From NCBI RefSeq assembly GCF_009914755.1, contig NC_060925.1: DNA of 64,000 nucleotides; one strand, given 5' to 3'. The DNA is from the human T2T-CHM13v2.0 reference genome, Homo sapiens. Below the pieces are notes generated by a model. It saw only the letters and a program-made list of their open reading frames with translations. It had not been told where the DNA came from and made no database searches. Each line of letters starts with the position of its first letter. Positions within the stretch are counted from its first letter, which is position 1. The translations under genes and the position numbers were made by a program. Positions 24,891 through 41,088 of this stretch are shown here, piece by piece.

Positions 24891-27339
24891 AAATCTTGGG
24901 ACTACTGCAGAACCTAATGAAGCTAAACGGTACTAAATTCCAACATCCACTGTGAAATCCCAAGATTAGGGATTTGTTCATCTCTGTCACCTAGTGTCCA
25001 ACCCAGTACTTGGCACATAATGAGGACACAAAAATCTTGAATGAATAAATGTGGAACTGAATATATTACAAAGCCAAAAGATCTGCAGTTTGATAGGTCT
25101 TTGGGAGACCAAAAAGCATCTGGTCCTCGACATATTTCACCAACAATGAATACCCCTCCCCTGAGTGAATCCATTTATTTTTATTAAAAGTTCCTCTTTA
25201 TAACTTATTTCACAGTAGTAAGCAATGAAGCTGACAAACAACTTCACATAATACAGCTAAGAATCTGAACAACTTGGTTATTTCCCTGAGAGGCCGGATG
25301 CAGTTACCAAACCTTATACCACCTCAGCAACTCCCATCTAAAATACAGGGACAAATATTACACAAACAGTAAGCTTATGCTCTTACAGATAGTAAATCAT
25401 GAGGGTAACTGAAAAGGTATGCTTATGAATAATAATATTATAATAAGCAAGGAATAAAATAAGCCAAATCTATACTATTCCTATACGAGAAGCCAATGGG
25501 CTACCCTTGAATGTGCTTCACTTCCTCTGTGAAGCTGAGAACAAAAATGCTTAGATTTTTTTTTCCCAATAGCACTGCTCTGAGAAAGGTAACAATTCCC
25601 AACTGCAGAAGCTCCTCTGTCAAGATGACCCTTGAGAGTCCCAAAGTTCTTAACCCACAGAGACTGACAATGTACAAAATACAGAAGCAGAAAACCGAGT
25701 ATAGGAAAAAAGGTACATTATAAACTACATTCTGGCAGCAGTTTCCTCGGTTAAGTCATTGATCATCTTGAAGGGCTAAATTAAAACCCAACATTAATCT
25801 GGCAGTAGGTGTAAAAAACATCTTATTTACCAAAATAGAAAAAGGAGGAAGAAAAATAAGACACGTAAAGTGTTTGAGATCAAATTACATTGTAAGGGAA
25901 GCTGCAATATTTGGAGACCGAGACCTAGACAGATTCATCAGCTGAGTTGGAAATCATTTGATGTGACCTTGGACTAATTATTTAACTTCTCTGCCTCTGT
26001 CTCTCATCTGTGCCTGAGTCTCCCCTCAATGTGAAGGAGAACAAATGATTTCAGCCCCCTCCTATCTTAACAGGGATGTTATGAGTCTGAGATCACAGAG
26101 GACACTGTCTTTAGTAGGATAATTAAGGACCAGGCTGCTCTTAGAAACACCCCCACAGCATGGAGGCTCTCTCTCCCTGGCATCATTTGGCTTCAGAGTT
26201 GGGCAACCAAATATGCCCACATAACATGACAAACTCAGGGTTTGGGGCCAGCATCTTGACAGATACTGTCAGGAGCCCTAGATGTGAATCCATTCTCACA
26301 TATATAATTACTATATTCAAGTGTTTAATAAACATTTAGTAATGCTTTTAAGTCACCAGTATCTTCACAGAAATGACCATATTGTTGCCCATCTATTAGA
26401 AGAGATGGTGTTCAAGGTATGAAGTAGTAGAAGGTTCGTGATCATGAACCCCTGGGCAAGTCAAGATCCTCAATTGCCACCTCTATAGGTGGAAGTATAG
26501 GCCTAACAATACTAAGGATTAAAAGTGAAATGCTGCTGGCGCAGCCCTGGGCTCACAGAAGCAGCAAAACAAGCACTAAAGCCCTCCTCCCGCCCACGGT
26601 TCTGCTCAATAAATAACAAGTGCTGTTAATTCTTTAATTGTGGATCCGAGGAAAATGAAACAGGGTTCACCCATAAACATCTTATCTGCCTTGATTCCCC
26701 CTGTAACTCCTTGACTGGAGCAGAGTAAACAGGCTGAACTTTAATTAGGATCATAACATGAAAATGATCCCAGGTAAGCCAGGCTCATAAACTCCAGACA
26801 ATTGGGAGGAGACTGGTTTCTAATGGACTGCTCCATACCTGGCCTAGTCAATGACAGAAGCAGACCCGGTCCTTTGTCCCAGCTTCCCAAAGAAATCCAT
26901 TAGCCAGGCCCACATGGCTTCAGTTCGGATGTGGGGTCGGAGGCTTTCTATTCCGGTGATTGTGGTCTAAGAATAGAACTCCCAAGCACAAGGCAAATGG
27001 ATTCACAAGAATTGTGTTCATCTACTATCCACATTACCGTCTGAGGACTATTTAAAGCACAAGGCCAGAAAGCCCCTCTCTGAATGGGAGGACCAACGAG
27101 GGGAAACAGGCAGGGCATGTTTTTAATATAGTTCTGCTACAACTTGCAAATATAGTGCGACTTGTAGAGCCCCAGTCTGAATGCCAGGATCTTGAGATAC
27201 ACATCCATCCTCAACAGCTCAGATATCTCACTTGGCTCCCTGTCAACCACTGAGTAAGGAATGTCAAGTCCATTTGACAAATGGGCAAGTGGGAAGCATG
27301 GAGGGACAGATTTATACAGTGCTAAGTCCACTGCTAATA

Positions 27340-27600
27340 ACAGAAACAGTTAAAGCTGATTGTGTGCTTCTACGTGCCAGGTCCTTACTAGGCATGTCAC
27401 CTTCACTCACTCTAACTTCACAACGTCTCTATAAGATAGCCAGTTATTTTGTGCACATTTAGCAACAAGAACACTGAGGTTCTGGGAGATTACGCAATTT
27501 ACTCTCATGATAAAACTTATATGTGGCATAGCTAGGATTTGAACCCAGGTCTCTCTGACATTAGCACTTGTTTGGGGTTTTGTTTGTACCATGCTGCTTC
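27340..27600 (-). mobile_element. MIR
   Basis: CTTCTACGTGCCAGG..ACTGAGGTTC..GCTAGGATTTGAACCCAGGTC. Confidence 0.7.
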
Positions 27601-28951
27601 TCTTGGTTTCCTTCTGCTAACTTAAGAATGCAAGGAACCTATAATCCAAAACCATACTCTAAACATTAAATCTCATAACTTGTAACTTATGTCACCGATT
27701 TGGTGAGCAAACAGAATTAAGTAGTCCAGGGCCAACAGCAGAATCTTCAGGGACAGAAACCAGATAACTCCAATTAGGTGGGCTAAACGGATAAATTCCA
27801 CATCAAAGGAACCTTTACTAGGAAAATATCCGGTGACCTTCAGCCTCTGATAAGACTTCATCTCATCATTTCTCCTGTCCCAACACCCCTACACTTCAAC
27901 TAGCTTCAAATATTCTGTATCCACACCAAAGACTGATTCAACACTTTGCAATCACAAACCCAAAGGCAAGTTCTCTGGGATTGCATCAGTATGAAGATTT
28001 TATTTTGCAAAGTTACTTCCCTGACCAGCCTCCCTGCTGCAGACCTCTTCAAATTTCCCAGATTAAGAAGACATTCGAAGTGACAATTCCAGGCCTTATC
28101 ATGTTCAACAAACTGGTCACAATGTGTCAGATGAAGGGCAAGATCAATTCTCTGGGCCTCTTGCTTCTACATCTCTTATAGAAAGTTACCATCATCAAAA
28201 TCTTTCGCATCACTCAAATCATCAACAATAGTTAGAAGAACAATAACACACACAAAAAAATTAGTAGCAAAGATAAGCCAGTACAAGTAAGTGTGACACA
28301 GTCCAAACCAACCTGGGCACATTCTCACAATCCCTTGGAAATGACTTTACCTGAAGGCTACGTGACTCATTTAACTCGGCACTAAGATGGAAAGGTCTAG
28401 GGCTCTACAGAAGTTCCTAGTAGGAAAACTTCATTCTTTTCCAAGCCAGGTCTCCAGGGCCTGGCTCTGACATGGTTACCACTTCCACGGAGAAGCTGAC
28501 AACAGCTGGTCACATTCTTTTCTCTACCCTATTCCTCCCCATCAGGTGAAGATAGCTAACTGCCATGTATCTTATCTAAGGAGGCTAACTTGCAGCAATG
28601 ATGTGGCATGACAAGTGAAAAGTAATGGGGATCTTGAACAGTCAAAGTACACAGTTAACATAAACAAGAACATGCTGTTCACCAAGTTAACAGTTGTCAA
28701 GTCTACAGCCGGTATTTTCCCTATATTCATTTCTCATAAATCTATATCAAATCAGGAGAGGTGGTGAAATGAGGCTCTAAGCTTCCATGCACCAATCTTA
28801 AGGAAAAAAAAAAAATGTCTTTTCTTCTAAGAGGGGCGCCCTGGCTATAACCTCTTTTGAGGTGGCTGAATGGGCTTGGTGTTCTGAGTAAAAAAGAAAC
28901 AAAAACAAATTTTTTTTCCCATTTAGAGAAATGGAGAAATTAAATGGTTTA

Positions 28952-29351
<400 letters not shown>

Positions 29352-30879
29352 GATTTAAAACATTAACCTGTAAGTTGTCAATATTAAATAATAAGCATTT
29401 AGGGTAAGGGCTGGATGTATAATACTATACTAAGTCAAGAAAGTTCAAAATACAGATCATTCAGTAACAGTGGCAGTGACAAAAGAGATCCTGGCTAATG
29501 CCACCACCATCCTAATCCTGTGGGAAAATGCCACCAGGAAACATTTCTATCAACCACACCATCAGATTGGGAAGCTGAGTAATTGGTCCAACTGCCAGAC
29601 ATTGATATATTCAAATCAATTAATCGGTAGTCACCAAGTGACTAAAAAGTGGACAACGCTCCACTGTGTGCTACAGTATACATCAGGCATTTCTAGTTCT
29701 AGTCCTAGTCCTGCTCTTAACTTTCAAAGGCAAATCAGGTTCAACCTCAATGTGAAAGAATAAACAATAAATCAGAGAGCATTTATTATAAATTGCCAAA
29801 GAAGGTTTAGTCCAGTCAGCCAAGGTGCCCCTCTATTTCTCAAATGCTAAACCCACTCAGAATGAGAGGAGCTGCTCCATCAACCGAGTAGATCCAGATG
29901 GTCTCCGTGGAAGAAGCAGCACAGCTGAGAAGCCCACTGCTCAAGACTACATCTGCCCTTTCTCTCTAGATCCCTTAGAAAACAGAGTCACCCCTCCTCC
30001 ATCTCAGTCTGAGACACACAAAGAATGAAACTTTCTACAAAAGAGGAAGGTCTGAAGGACACTAGCAACTGTCATGAGTTTCCCTATGACTCGAAGCCTC
30101 TTGGCTCTAGCATAGGGCAGCCATAGTCCACATTCAGAAGCATCTTGTTTCCTGTTCTCTAGGTTAGAGACCCAGCTAAGAATAGCACCCCATTCATGCT
30201 GCTGTGTACACATCCTTTTCACTTGCTATTTTCTCTCACACACGCATGAAGCCCAGGTCTTGTACATTCTCCAAGGTAAATGCAAATATTTATAAACGGG
30301 CACAGAGTAGTGGTTTTATTCCCTGTCCAGTCTACAAACAGGCACTACCTAGAAGAATTCCACTCCAGAGCTGAGTGACACAGGAGTAGCTGGGCCACAG
30401 GCTCCCTCTCTGAAGTTCCAAATAGAGACTCACACTCGGAAATAGTAACCTAGTGGAAATACATATAGGATGCCCAGTACCTGTGCAGAACTTCACCTCT
30501 GTGCATGACCTGAAACCAGAAGTCTGTAAAATTGATCTCTTTTTATTACATGGAACCATGTGAAATTATCAACAAAATGGTAATTTCATATGATTTAACC
30601 TAAAAGAATCCTAAAAAGCAAATCAGGCATTTAGCTAACAAACAAGAATGCAAAATCAATTGTTTCCCAGGTGGTTCCACTATGGAACACCTCGTAAGAC
30701 AGGCCGAGCATTGATAAGAAACATCTATTCGCTCATGGTTCCATGTTTATATCCATATTTGTTCCTGGCCCTCGAGAGCTCACAAAGGAACAGGCAAGTG
30801 AACAGGCAAATACCGCACAGTATGGAAACTACTACTCTACAGAGACGTGCAAAATAAGAACCCTATATATAACTCAATT

Positions 30880-31045
30880 ACAACATTTCTCAATTACACT
30901 GAATTCTGCCTGTTTGTTTGTATGTGAGCCTCACCAGTGAGATGATGCACGCTCAGAGGCAGAAACTGTATTTCTTTGTCTTTAAATCCCCAGCATACAG
31001 CACAGTTCTTGCACATAGTCAATGCTAAATGATGTTTGTCCAAAG
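30880..31045 (+). mobile_element. L2 3' end
   Basis: GAGGCAGAAACTGT..ATCCCCAGCA..AGCACAGTTCTTGCACATAG. Confidence 0.65.
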
Positions 31046-31667
31046 ACTCAATGACTTAGAGGCCAAGCGGCCTCTGTAAAAATGAGGTGAGTAGTGACAT
31101 TTCCATTAATAACTTTGAGGTTTTTATATTTTAGACCAGACTATTAATTATAGCATTGGAAAGAGAATAACAGACTCCTGATTACAGAACTACAAAGAAA
31201 AGCAGACAGGGGGTGGCGGGGGGAGACTACACTTTATAATCAAAATAAATCTGAAAATATAGACTAAAGTCTGCCTCTAACTGGGAGTGTGGCAACATCT
31301 TTTTGTCTCTCAATTTAATATCTTTTTATTTCAACTGATTTTCCTTACAAGTACAACAGAACCATCAAGTGCAAAAGGAGTAAAAGGTGTTCTGCAAACA
31401 AAAGCAAAGGGGACAAACCCAAACCACCACAGCTCAGGTGTGAGGGGTACTTGCCATGTGTCTTTTGGAAAAGAATGTCCACTGGTGGATGGGAGGAGAT
31501 GGGCACTATGCCCTCCAGGAACTTGGATACCTTTTATGAGTTCAAAAAAAGCCAAAAAAACAATCAAATTCATATGGATACCAAGATAGGTAATTAAATG
31601 TTGAATTAAAGATCAACACGAGGGCAGAGATTAGGCTGACTTCCAGGTGGTCAGAGTTGAAGGAGAT

Positions 31668-31670
<3 letters not shown>

Positions 31671-31710
<40 letters not shown>
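31671..31710. repeat. (AC)20 microsatellite
   Basis: Read directly. Confidence 0.98.
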
Positions 31711-31713
<3 letters not shown>

Positions 31714-32401
31714 AACTCCTCCCAGCATTAAAAAATAATAATAATAAAAAAGTCATTTGGGTCACCTTTTAAATCCATAAAGCAATCATTTCTAAAAGAA
31801 ACAGCAGGTACAAAACTAGCCTCAAGAAAAACCCTCATCTTTCAAAGCGGAATATTCTGACATAGGTTCGAGAAGACTTCCCCTCCCATCAAATAACCAA
31901 AGCTTTGGGAAAGGGCAGCACAGAGCTCTCCCTAATATGAAATATTTTATCTATACATTAATTTCTCAAGAGACACTGACCCAAGCACCATACTGCTTCG
32001 GAAGTAGAAGTCTTTATCTTAATGAATTGATCTCATCAATTTAGCTGTACATTTGATCCCAAGACCCTTTGTGGACCTGATAACCCTGGGGAGGCCCTTA
32101 AGTGAAGCTGTCCCTAGGGTGGCCCACTTCATCACAGAGACCAGCAGACAGGAAAGGGCCATTGGGGAGATTCTTATTTTATTATGTAAGTCAGAGGAAG
32201 CCACGTTTAGCTCCTCTGCTCTACTGCAGCATCCCTATTTGTACCTGGTATAACCAGCAGAGGTAGAAAAGGAAGTCTGTCTGCATAAATGAAAACAAGG
32301 GCTAGCCACTCCCGTCTGATGGTAGGTGGTCCTCCACGAGTACCTAACTACGAACACCCACAGTTAAGTTTCTCTCTCTTCTTCTCTCTCAAACCCATTT
32401 C

Positions 32402-32718
32402 TTTTGTTTTTAGGGGGGTTTTTGTTAGCTTGTTTTTGAGACAGGGTCTTGCTCTTTCACCCAGGCCAGAGTGTAGAGGCATGATTACAGCTCACCGTAG
32501 CCTCGACCTTCCGGGCTTAGGTGATCCTCCTGCCTCAGCCTCCCAAGTAGCTGGGACCACAGGTGGGCGCCACCAAGTCCAGCTAATTTTTAAATTATCT
32601 GTAGAGATGGGGTCTCCTTATGTTGCCCAGGCTGCTCTCGAACTCCTGGGTTCAAGCAATCCACCCACCTCAGCCTCCCAAAGTGGTGGGATTACAGGTG
32701 TGAGCCACAGCGCCAACC
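32402..32718 (-). mobile_element. AluJ with 12-bp TSD CAAACCCATTTC
   Basis: GAGACAGGGTCTTGCTC..CTCCTGGGTTCAAGCAATCC; TSD 32390-32401 and 32719-32730. Confidence 0.93.
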
Positions 32719-32794
32719 CAAACCCATTTCAATTTACTCCCAAGGAATGGAAGAAGTAACATAAATGGCAAAGTGCAAAGGTCAGGTTCAGCAG

Positions 32795-32960
32795 CCCTAT
32801 GGGAAACGCATAGGCTTTAGAGGCAGACTTTGGGATCCTGGATCCCAGTTCCTAGGACCTGTGTGACCATGAGCACGTATCTTAATTTCTGAGCCTTAGT
32901 TTCCTCACTTCTGAAAAGAGGACAATAATATCCACCTCACTAAGGTGGTATGGGATAGTT
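32795..32960 (+). mobile_element. MIR
   Basis: TGTGTGACCATGAGCA..CTGAGCCTTAGTTTCCTCAC. Confidence 0.7.
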
Positions 32961-33261
32961 GCTATGTTTGTTTTGTTTTTGTTTTTAAGCCTCTAAGGCC
33001 AGAGGCTTTGTGAGTGCTGGATGACTTCATTTCTAGCTCAGGCAAGCAGAAACTGGATATGAAACTGAAGAAGAGTGACATCCACATATGGCCTAGGCGT
33101 GAACAAATTCTGCTTGCTTGCATGCGTGCATGGCTAGGACGCTAGCATTTCAAGGAGCCAGCTCCATGAGTTTACAGCCAAACTGGAGAACCATTCCATA
33201 GTGATGAGTACAGCACATTTACACAGACATGCTCAAAAGCACTGCAAAATTCTCTCCCTAG

Positions 33262-33641
<380 letters not shown>

Positions 33642-33863
33642 CAATGTCTTTCTTTTTAAGGAACATAAAGTAATCCGAAAAAGACCCAGAGATTTCATTC
33701 TAATATGAAATCAGTCTTGCTAATAAAGTTACTGCCTCTATCAAAATCTATAATCTTCTCAAGATATCTGTCAAAAATTGTAACTGTTGCAGACATGTGG
33801 AAAAACTGGCCACACAGCAGCATAAACTCCCTCTGGCTAAAAAGTACATCAAAAATCTTTTCA

Positions 33864-34199
<336 letters not shown>

Positions 34200-36240
34200 T
34201 CAATTTAATGCCAACCACAATACTAGCTACGGCTCTTCTTTGGGGAAGGGGGACTAAAGAAGGTGGCCTCCAACTGCTATCTCTTTCCCTTTGCTGCTGC
34301 CTCCTTCCAACCTACAAAAAAGGAAAGAGTCTGACATTCAGAATTAACCTTGCAAAGAAATTCTGTTTGCCAGCCCACAGGCATTTTGTTTGTTTGATTG
34401 GTTTTTCTGCTGTTGCCACTGCTGTCACCTTCCTGACCAAGAGGCCCACAGACTAGCACTTTTTTAGATTCATTTCTGGCAGTGAGTGGGTTTGTAAAGA
34501 TTGCATTTGTAGTATCTGCTGGGTCCCAAAAGTGTGGAAGGACAAAAGACCATAGCCTTCTCTTAAATTCAGCTCAGAACCAACCTCGCACCTCAGCTAG
34601 AAAAATCACTTCCATCAACACTGCTCCCAAATGGAGCCCTTCCACCCTCTGCCCAGCTTCCAAGCCCAGGCCCTGAGACCCACACTGCTGTTTGTTTCGG
34701 CACCTGCAAGCAGCTTGTTCACAAGCATCCAGACTACAGAGCAAGAGGAGTTTCAGAAGGGCCCTCCAACAAGTGAGTGGCCTGGGAAGAAAAGTGACAG
34801 GCAGGGTCTAATGTCCCACAGTAGCTTGTTTTCACTGCCACTTTGGCATTACCTACCATGGCCAGCAGCTATTCAAACACTCTGCCCAATGCCCAGCCAC
34901 AGGATCCTATTAATTCTCTTCAATTAAGAGAGGACCTACCCTGGTTCCCAGAAAGCCAAAAGTAAGTGTCAGTTTCTCCCTCTAGGCAGTCTCTAGATTT
35001 AAGGGTTCCTTTCACCTCGCCTAGAAGGGCCCTCAACCTTGAAAATAAGAAGCAGCACTATGAAAACAAACTACCCATTTCTCAACTGTTCAAAGATTAG
35101 ACCTTGTACCACCTCCTTGCTGGCTCCCAAAGAGACCTCATCTATAAATGGAAATAATAACACAACATGCCTTGTTGTGTCTTCTTTCAGGGCTGTAGAT
35201 ATGAACTAAGATAACATACACACTTAGCATACTGCCTGGCACACAGTAAGCAGTTGATAAATATTACTTAGTACTGATATGATTTTTATTATTCTAAGAA
35301 TGAGTTGTAGTTATTATTAAGAGAGTAATCTTTCTAAAATACATATTGTTCCAACCCAAGCCTAAAAGCTCCACAGTCAATTTTCAGTTTTTCATGCAAA
35401 CACAAGGAACCAGTATGGCAAAAATCCTAAAAAATAGATACTCTATAGGTTCTCATTTGGATTTTGAGTACATTATGTGCAGTAATACATACATATATCC
35501 ATCTATTCAATAAAGAGCTGTTTGGCACCAACAAATATATAGCACTGAACTAAGACATATATATGTCTAGTTAGTACTTCTGAGCACCTACTATAGGCCA
35601 GACACTATATCAGGAGACACTGGAGATACACACATAAGTAAGAAAAGGGCCCTGCCATCCAAAAGCTTATAGTTTAATAGAGGAATTATGATAACAGGTG
35701 CTAAGATAAAAGTCCCATAGCAATCAGTAGAGGCAAAAAGGAGAGAAACATACGGGTGATACTTTCTTAACTGACTTGCCAGCTTATGTGACATACCAAC
35801 TTCTCTTCAAAATAAACTGGCTGAGTTGCATAGCACACTGGAGGCTGGTTGTGTATTACTCACATCTACTCCCACCAGCCAGGTTGGCTGCTTCAGGGTC
35901 AGTAGTTAGTTCACGCTAGGTATACTTGTTATTTTAATTACATATTAAATTATTATATAATACAAACAAGTGAAATATGAGTATAAAAAAGATATTTCTA
36001 TGAAAAAGAGGTTGAATGCTTGGAAGAAATTTGAAGGCAAGTTGCTAAAAAAAATTGCTGCTGAATTAGATATGGGCAAGACAACAGTAAAAGGTTGTAG
36101 TGGTGGAGCTTAAAAATCTGGAAGAATTCTGCCCTTCATTTCTCAAATGTATTTAAGAACTTGGTTCACTTAAACTGGAAATCACAGATCAAATGTTAAG
36201 TGTATAATTTATGAAAGAAAGTCAACTGAACTCTACTTGA

Positions 36241-36528
<288 letters not shown>

Positions 36529-36561
36529 CATTTACATATTTTTAAGTTAAAATAAAATGCT

Positions 36562-36692
36562 AGCTAGATGATGACATGTGCCTGTAATCCCAGCTACTCA
36601 GGAGGCTGAGACTGTAGGATGGCTTGAGCCCAGGAGTTAGAGACCAGCTGGGGCAATAATAGAGAGACCCTGTCTCAAAAAAAAATTAAAAT
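36562..36692 (+). mobile_element. FLAM monomer with TSD AAATAAAATGCT
   Basis: Single left-type monomer; TSD 36550-36561 and 36693-36704. Confidence 0.85.
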
Positions 36693-39600
36693 AAATAAAA
36701 TGCTTGAGAACAGTTTTGTCTTCGTTTTTAAAGACTCTCTGTTTTAACTGACTTTTGGAATTAACTGACCAATTACTAGTCCAATTGCCCCAGATAAGAA
36801 GGTGTTTCCAGTATACCTGCCTATTTCTCAGGCTGATAGCAAAATGAGTTTATATTCATGCAGCCCAATCCAAGCAGGTAGCAGAAAAGGCTGCCTTGGG
36901 ATTTTATAAAATAGACCTGTTAAATACTTCTCAAGTAGATCAAGTGCAGGTGGAATACTAAATTTTAGCCATATTTCAAAAGACTGAGATGCTAATGCCT
37001 GTGAACATGTGCTATACACTAACTACTCATGGCCTGAAGCACAGACCAAAAGGTGAATGATATCCCAAATGCCACCTCAGTTTTGGTCACAGGTCTGGAT
37101 ACAACTCATTGGTTGATCCAAGCATCTGATGTTCCACCTTGACATGTGATGCTATCTCTGGAAAAAGAAAATGTCGCAGGTGTTGAGAAAAGGTACAAGT
37201 ACCAACTATCAAAGAGGAGTAAGATCCCTTCCCAAGACCCCTTTATAGTCAGTCTAATACCTTTCGGTTTATTCGCCTAGAATGCTGGACTTCTATACCA
37301 CATAACAAGATTCCACACACTGAAACGGAACCAACATCATTAGCTTCTTACCAGTGTTCTGCCATCGAGATGCAGTCTGTCAAGAGAAGCAGCACAGAGT
37401 CTCATGTCAAGAGAAGTCTGCAGCGGCAGAAAGACAACTAAAAAGAGAGACTTCAGTGGAATTTGAGTCACCTGACATTAGTCTTAAAAAAGATATTTAA
37501 AATACAGAGAATCCCACTGATGGAGGAGAGAAAAATAACCCTCTTTTTTTCTTTAAAGACAGGCATTGATATGAGCGAAAGGAAAAGAACTGGGGAAGTC
37601 TTTGTATATTGAGAGCTCAGTTTATTTTTACTCTCTGCCAATAGAGGCAAGGTAATTCTATAAGCACCATTTAACTTTCTCACTACAAACAAAATAGAGT
37701 AAGTCGTATTAACGACTTACTTGCGTTCTAAACTTCCAGCTCCAGAACACTTTTTTCCCCCTGAAAATTAAATTGATTCTTACAGAATGGTACCCAAATG
37801 TGTGATTTCAAAGGCAGATCCCAAAACTGATGGGATCCTCAATGAGAGGATGAGGAGGCATTTTCAGTTTCAACTTCAACTTATTTTCTTCATTAGGGGT
37901 AGGCCTAGACGACTTCTAATTAAAATCCCTCTCTTTCCCAAACTCTATGATTTCAAAGAAACAAAAGGAAATGAGTTTCAACTATAGCTGTCAAATTTTA
38001 AGTCAGGTATCAGCAAGAAATTCCTAATTGGAAAGCTGTCAATCAATGAAACAGGTTTCAAAATAGGTTGTGGAATCTTCTTCCCCAGAGACAGTTAAAA
38101 ATAGGCTAGGCAGCCATCTGTCTTGGTGGGATACAGCCCTTCCAGGAGGCCGGCATCAGAACAAAACCCTTCTTCCCTCCCTCCCAGGGAGTCCACTAAT
38201 GAGAAGTGATTAAGGGCTATGAAGAATAAAGGAAGGAGACAGCAGCCCAACCAGGCCCATGGGCTAGGCGGCTGAGATTTCCTGTAGAAAGGGAAGATAC
38301 AAGCTGCAAAGAGGAATATACAAGGGGAAAAACACAGGAAATAACCACAGGGCTGTGAGCATTTTGGGGAGGGCTGCACCAATCTGCTTCCCAGCTGCAA
38401 CAGCTCAATTTGGTCCTGGGGACTGGGAGCTCAGCCACAGCTCTTTGGGGAGGGTATTATTCCCCTTCCTAGCTCCCAAACCCATGTATACATGAAGCCT
38501 AAGTGGAAAATGGGAACTGTCAAATAAATCCAAGATTTCCCCAGGTGACCAGCAGCATCCATGAAATAGCTCCAAAAAGTTTTCCTTTAAAATACATTGT
38601 CTTTTTTTGTTCCTTGCCACTTTCCTTGGCCATCTATAATCTTACCCATTTCCTGCAGTTCTTAACATTTCTTTCATTACTATGGAAAGCTCTCTTGGGG
38701 CACGAAAACGAATAAAACCTTCATGGACCTTTGGAAACCTAACCCCAATGAGAAATGGAAGAGACAGCATTGCTGTGGACTGTCACCTCTGCAAGAGTGG
38801 GACTGTCCCTCTTTGCAGACATGAGCAGCTCTCTGCCCCCATCTTTGTACAAACACTTCAGATATACACACTTGGGGCTTTCAACTAAGTCTCTGTTCCT
38901 GCTACTGTGTCTCCTGAAGAATACTGGAGTCAGCCATGCAGCACTGTCACATGGGGATTCAGGTACCCAGCTTTGCTGGTAGACAAAACACAGGAAGCCC
39001 ACTGTTTACTAAGCTCCCCATAGTTCAAGAGGCCCCTGCAGGGGAAAGAAGATGGCAGTAAGGTCAAGGAATCAACATCAAGGACTCATCAAGCTGAGGT
39101 ATGCAGCAAAGTAAAGATGGAGGCCAGGGATGGCCACCAGCTGTTAAGAGTTAGACACTGGGGAGTACAGGGCAAAACCAGTGCCTGAGGCTCAGTGCTC
39201 TCAAAAAGAATTTTTTTCTGGTTGAGGCTGCCAGCTAAGGAGAAACCTGAAGCTCAAGCATGCAGTCTGGTGATTTTTTCCCCCTTCAGCAAAGCCAGAA
39301 AAATTTGTAGAGATAACTAGAAGAAAATCAATACCATAGGGCCCAAGATTTAACAGGAGCCTTTGCAGAGAAGAAATCTGAGTCTGTCCTGTCCTTGCAG
39401 CTGTCTTAGATCAGAGGAGATAGAGCTTTTACTCTAACAGAAGATATCAGACTTATTGAGAACAGGAGATAACGGATAGGAAAGGGCCCTAAAAACTCAA
39501 ATAGCCCAAAATGAATGAAAGAGATAATCATAATACACAGGGCTACTCCCAAACTGGGTGGCTAAATAGGAGCAAATAGAAAAGTAGAGACCACCATTCT

Positions 39601-40459
39601 GGATCATATCCTGTGGCCACCTGAGGGGCTTAGTGAAGGCACCTATCTTCCATCTTGCTGGTATGGAGGCAAAGCTGGCTATGAAAAGGAGCAGGCTCCC
39701 AACCTGCCTTTGCTGGATGCCACACAGCAACGCCGGGGAGCAACTCTGGTCCAGCACCTGGGTAAACAATGTGACTCTCCGGAATGTCCCGAACACTACA
39801 GTCAAAATCTAGGATTTAGGAACAGTATAATGGGGGATATCTCCCCTCAAAACCTAACTCAGTTACAGAGGGAGGGATCTGTCTAGGACCCGATCTGCTA
39901 TGAAAGTTTCAATTATAAAACTTGGGGTTTGCTCATTTTTCAGAACTGGGATCTTCAACACCTTTGGGATTCATTCATCAGATATGGAATTCAGACTGCT
40001 TAAAGCCTTGGAGAACTGCAACTAGGCAGCAGAGAGCTAGCTGGTTTCTAAGGAGATCGAGACTGAGCAGACGATACAGAAGTAGAGCATCCTCTAGAGG
40101 TCGCCTAGTCCACCACCCCACCACCTCCTGCTCACTCCCACCCCTCCCCAGCAGCAGGCTACCAGGAAGCAAGAGCAGACAGGTGAGCTGGTGTCCTGTT
40201 TTTCAAGCTCTCCTGGGAAGGAGAACCCACATAATTTTTCTATAGCCTGGAGCTGGTAAAAGAAGGGAAGGAAGGAACTAACAATGGAGTAAGCAACCCA
40301 CTAACTTCCCATTCACTCTCATAACTCAACATGATGAGGCAGGCTGGCTGCCAGCCAGGACTCTCTCCAGAAGGATATGGCTGAAGGGCTGTCAAGTCCG
40401 AGTGTGGGACAGTGAAAAGAGCATTGCATTAGACATCAAAAGACAGGGGGAATTGGGGA

Positions 40460-40650
40460 AGGAAAGAGGAAGATTAAAGCCAAGGACCGTGAAGGGACTT
40501 TTTGGGGTGATAGAAATGTTCAACCTATTGATTATAATTGTGGCTACACAAGTATATACCATTTGTCAAAACTCATTGAACTATAGGTTTCAAATAGTGA
40601 ATTTTATTGCACATAAATTATACCTGAATAAAGTTGTTTTTAAAAGAAAA
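40460..40650 (+). mobile_element. L1ME 3' end
   Basis: CTTTTTGGGGTGATAGAAATGTT..ATTTGTCAAAACTCATTGAAC..AATAAAGTTG. Confidence 0.75.
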
Positions 40651-40737
40651 AACATGCATTCTAAATTCTGATCCTGCCCTATTAACTGTGTGACTTTGGC
40701 CATGTCACTTAGCCTACCTAATGCTTCAGTTTTCTCA

Positions 40738-41088
<351 letters not shown>

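Noticed and set aside
32985-33010. Short hairpins AAGCCTCT..AGAGGCTT, and AGAGGCC..GGCCTCT near 31060
   Set aside because: 7-8 bp stems are expected by chance in 64 kb
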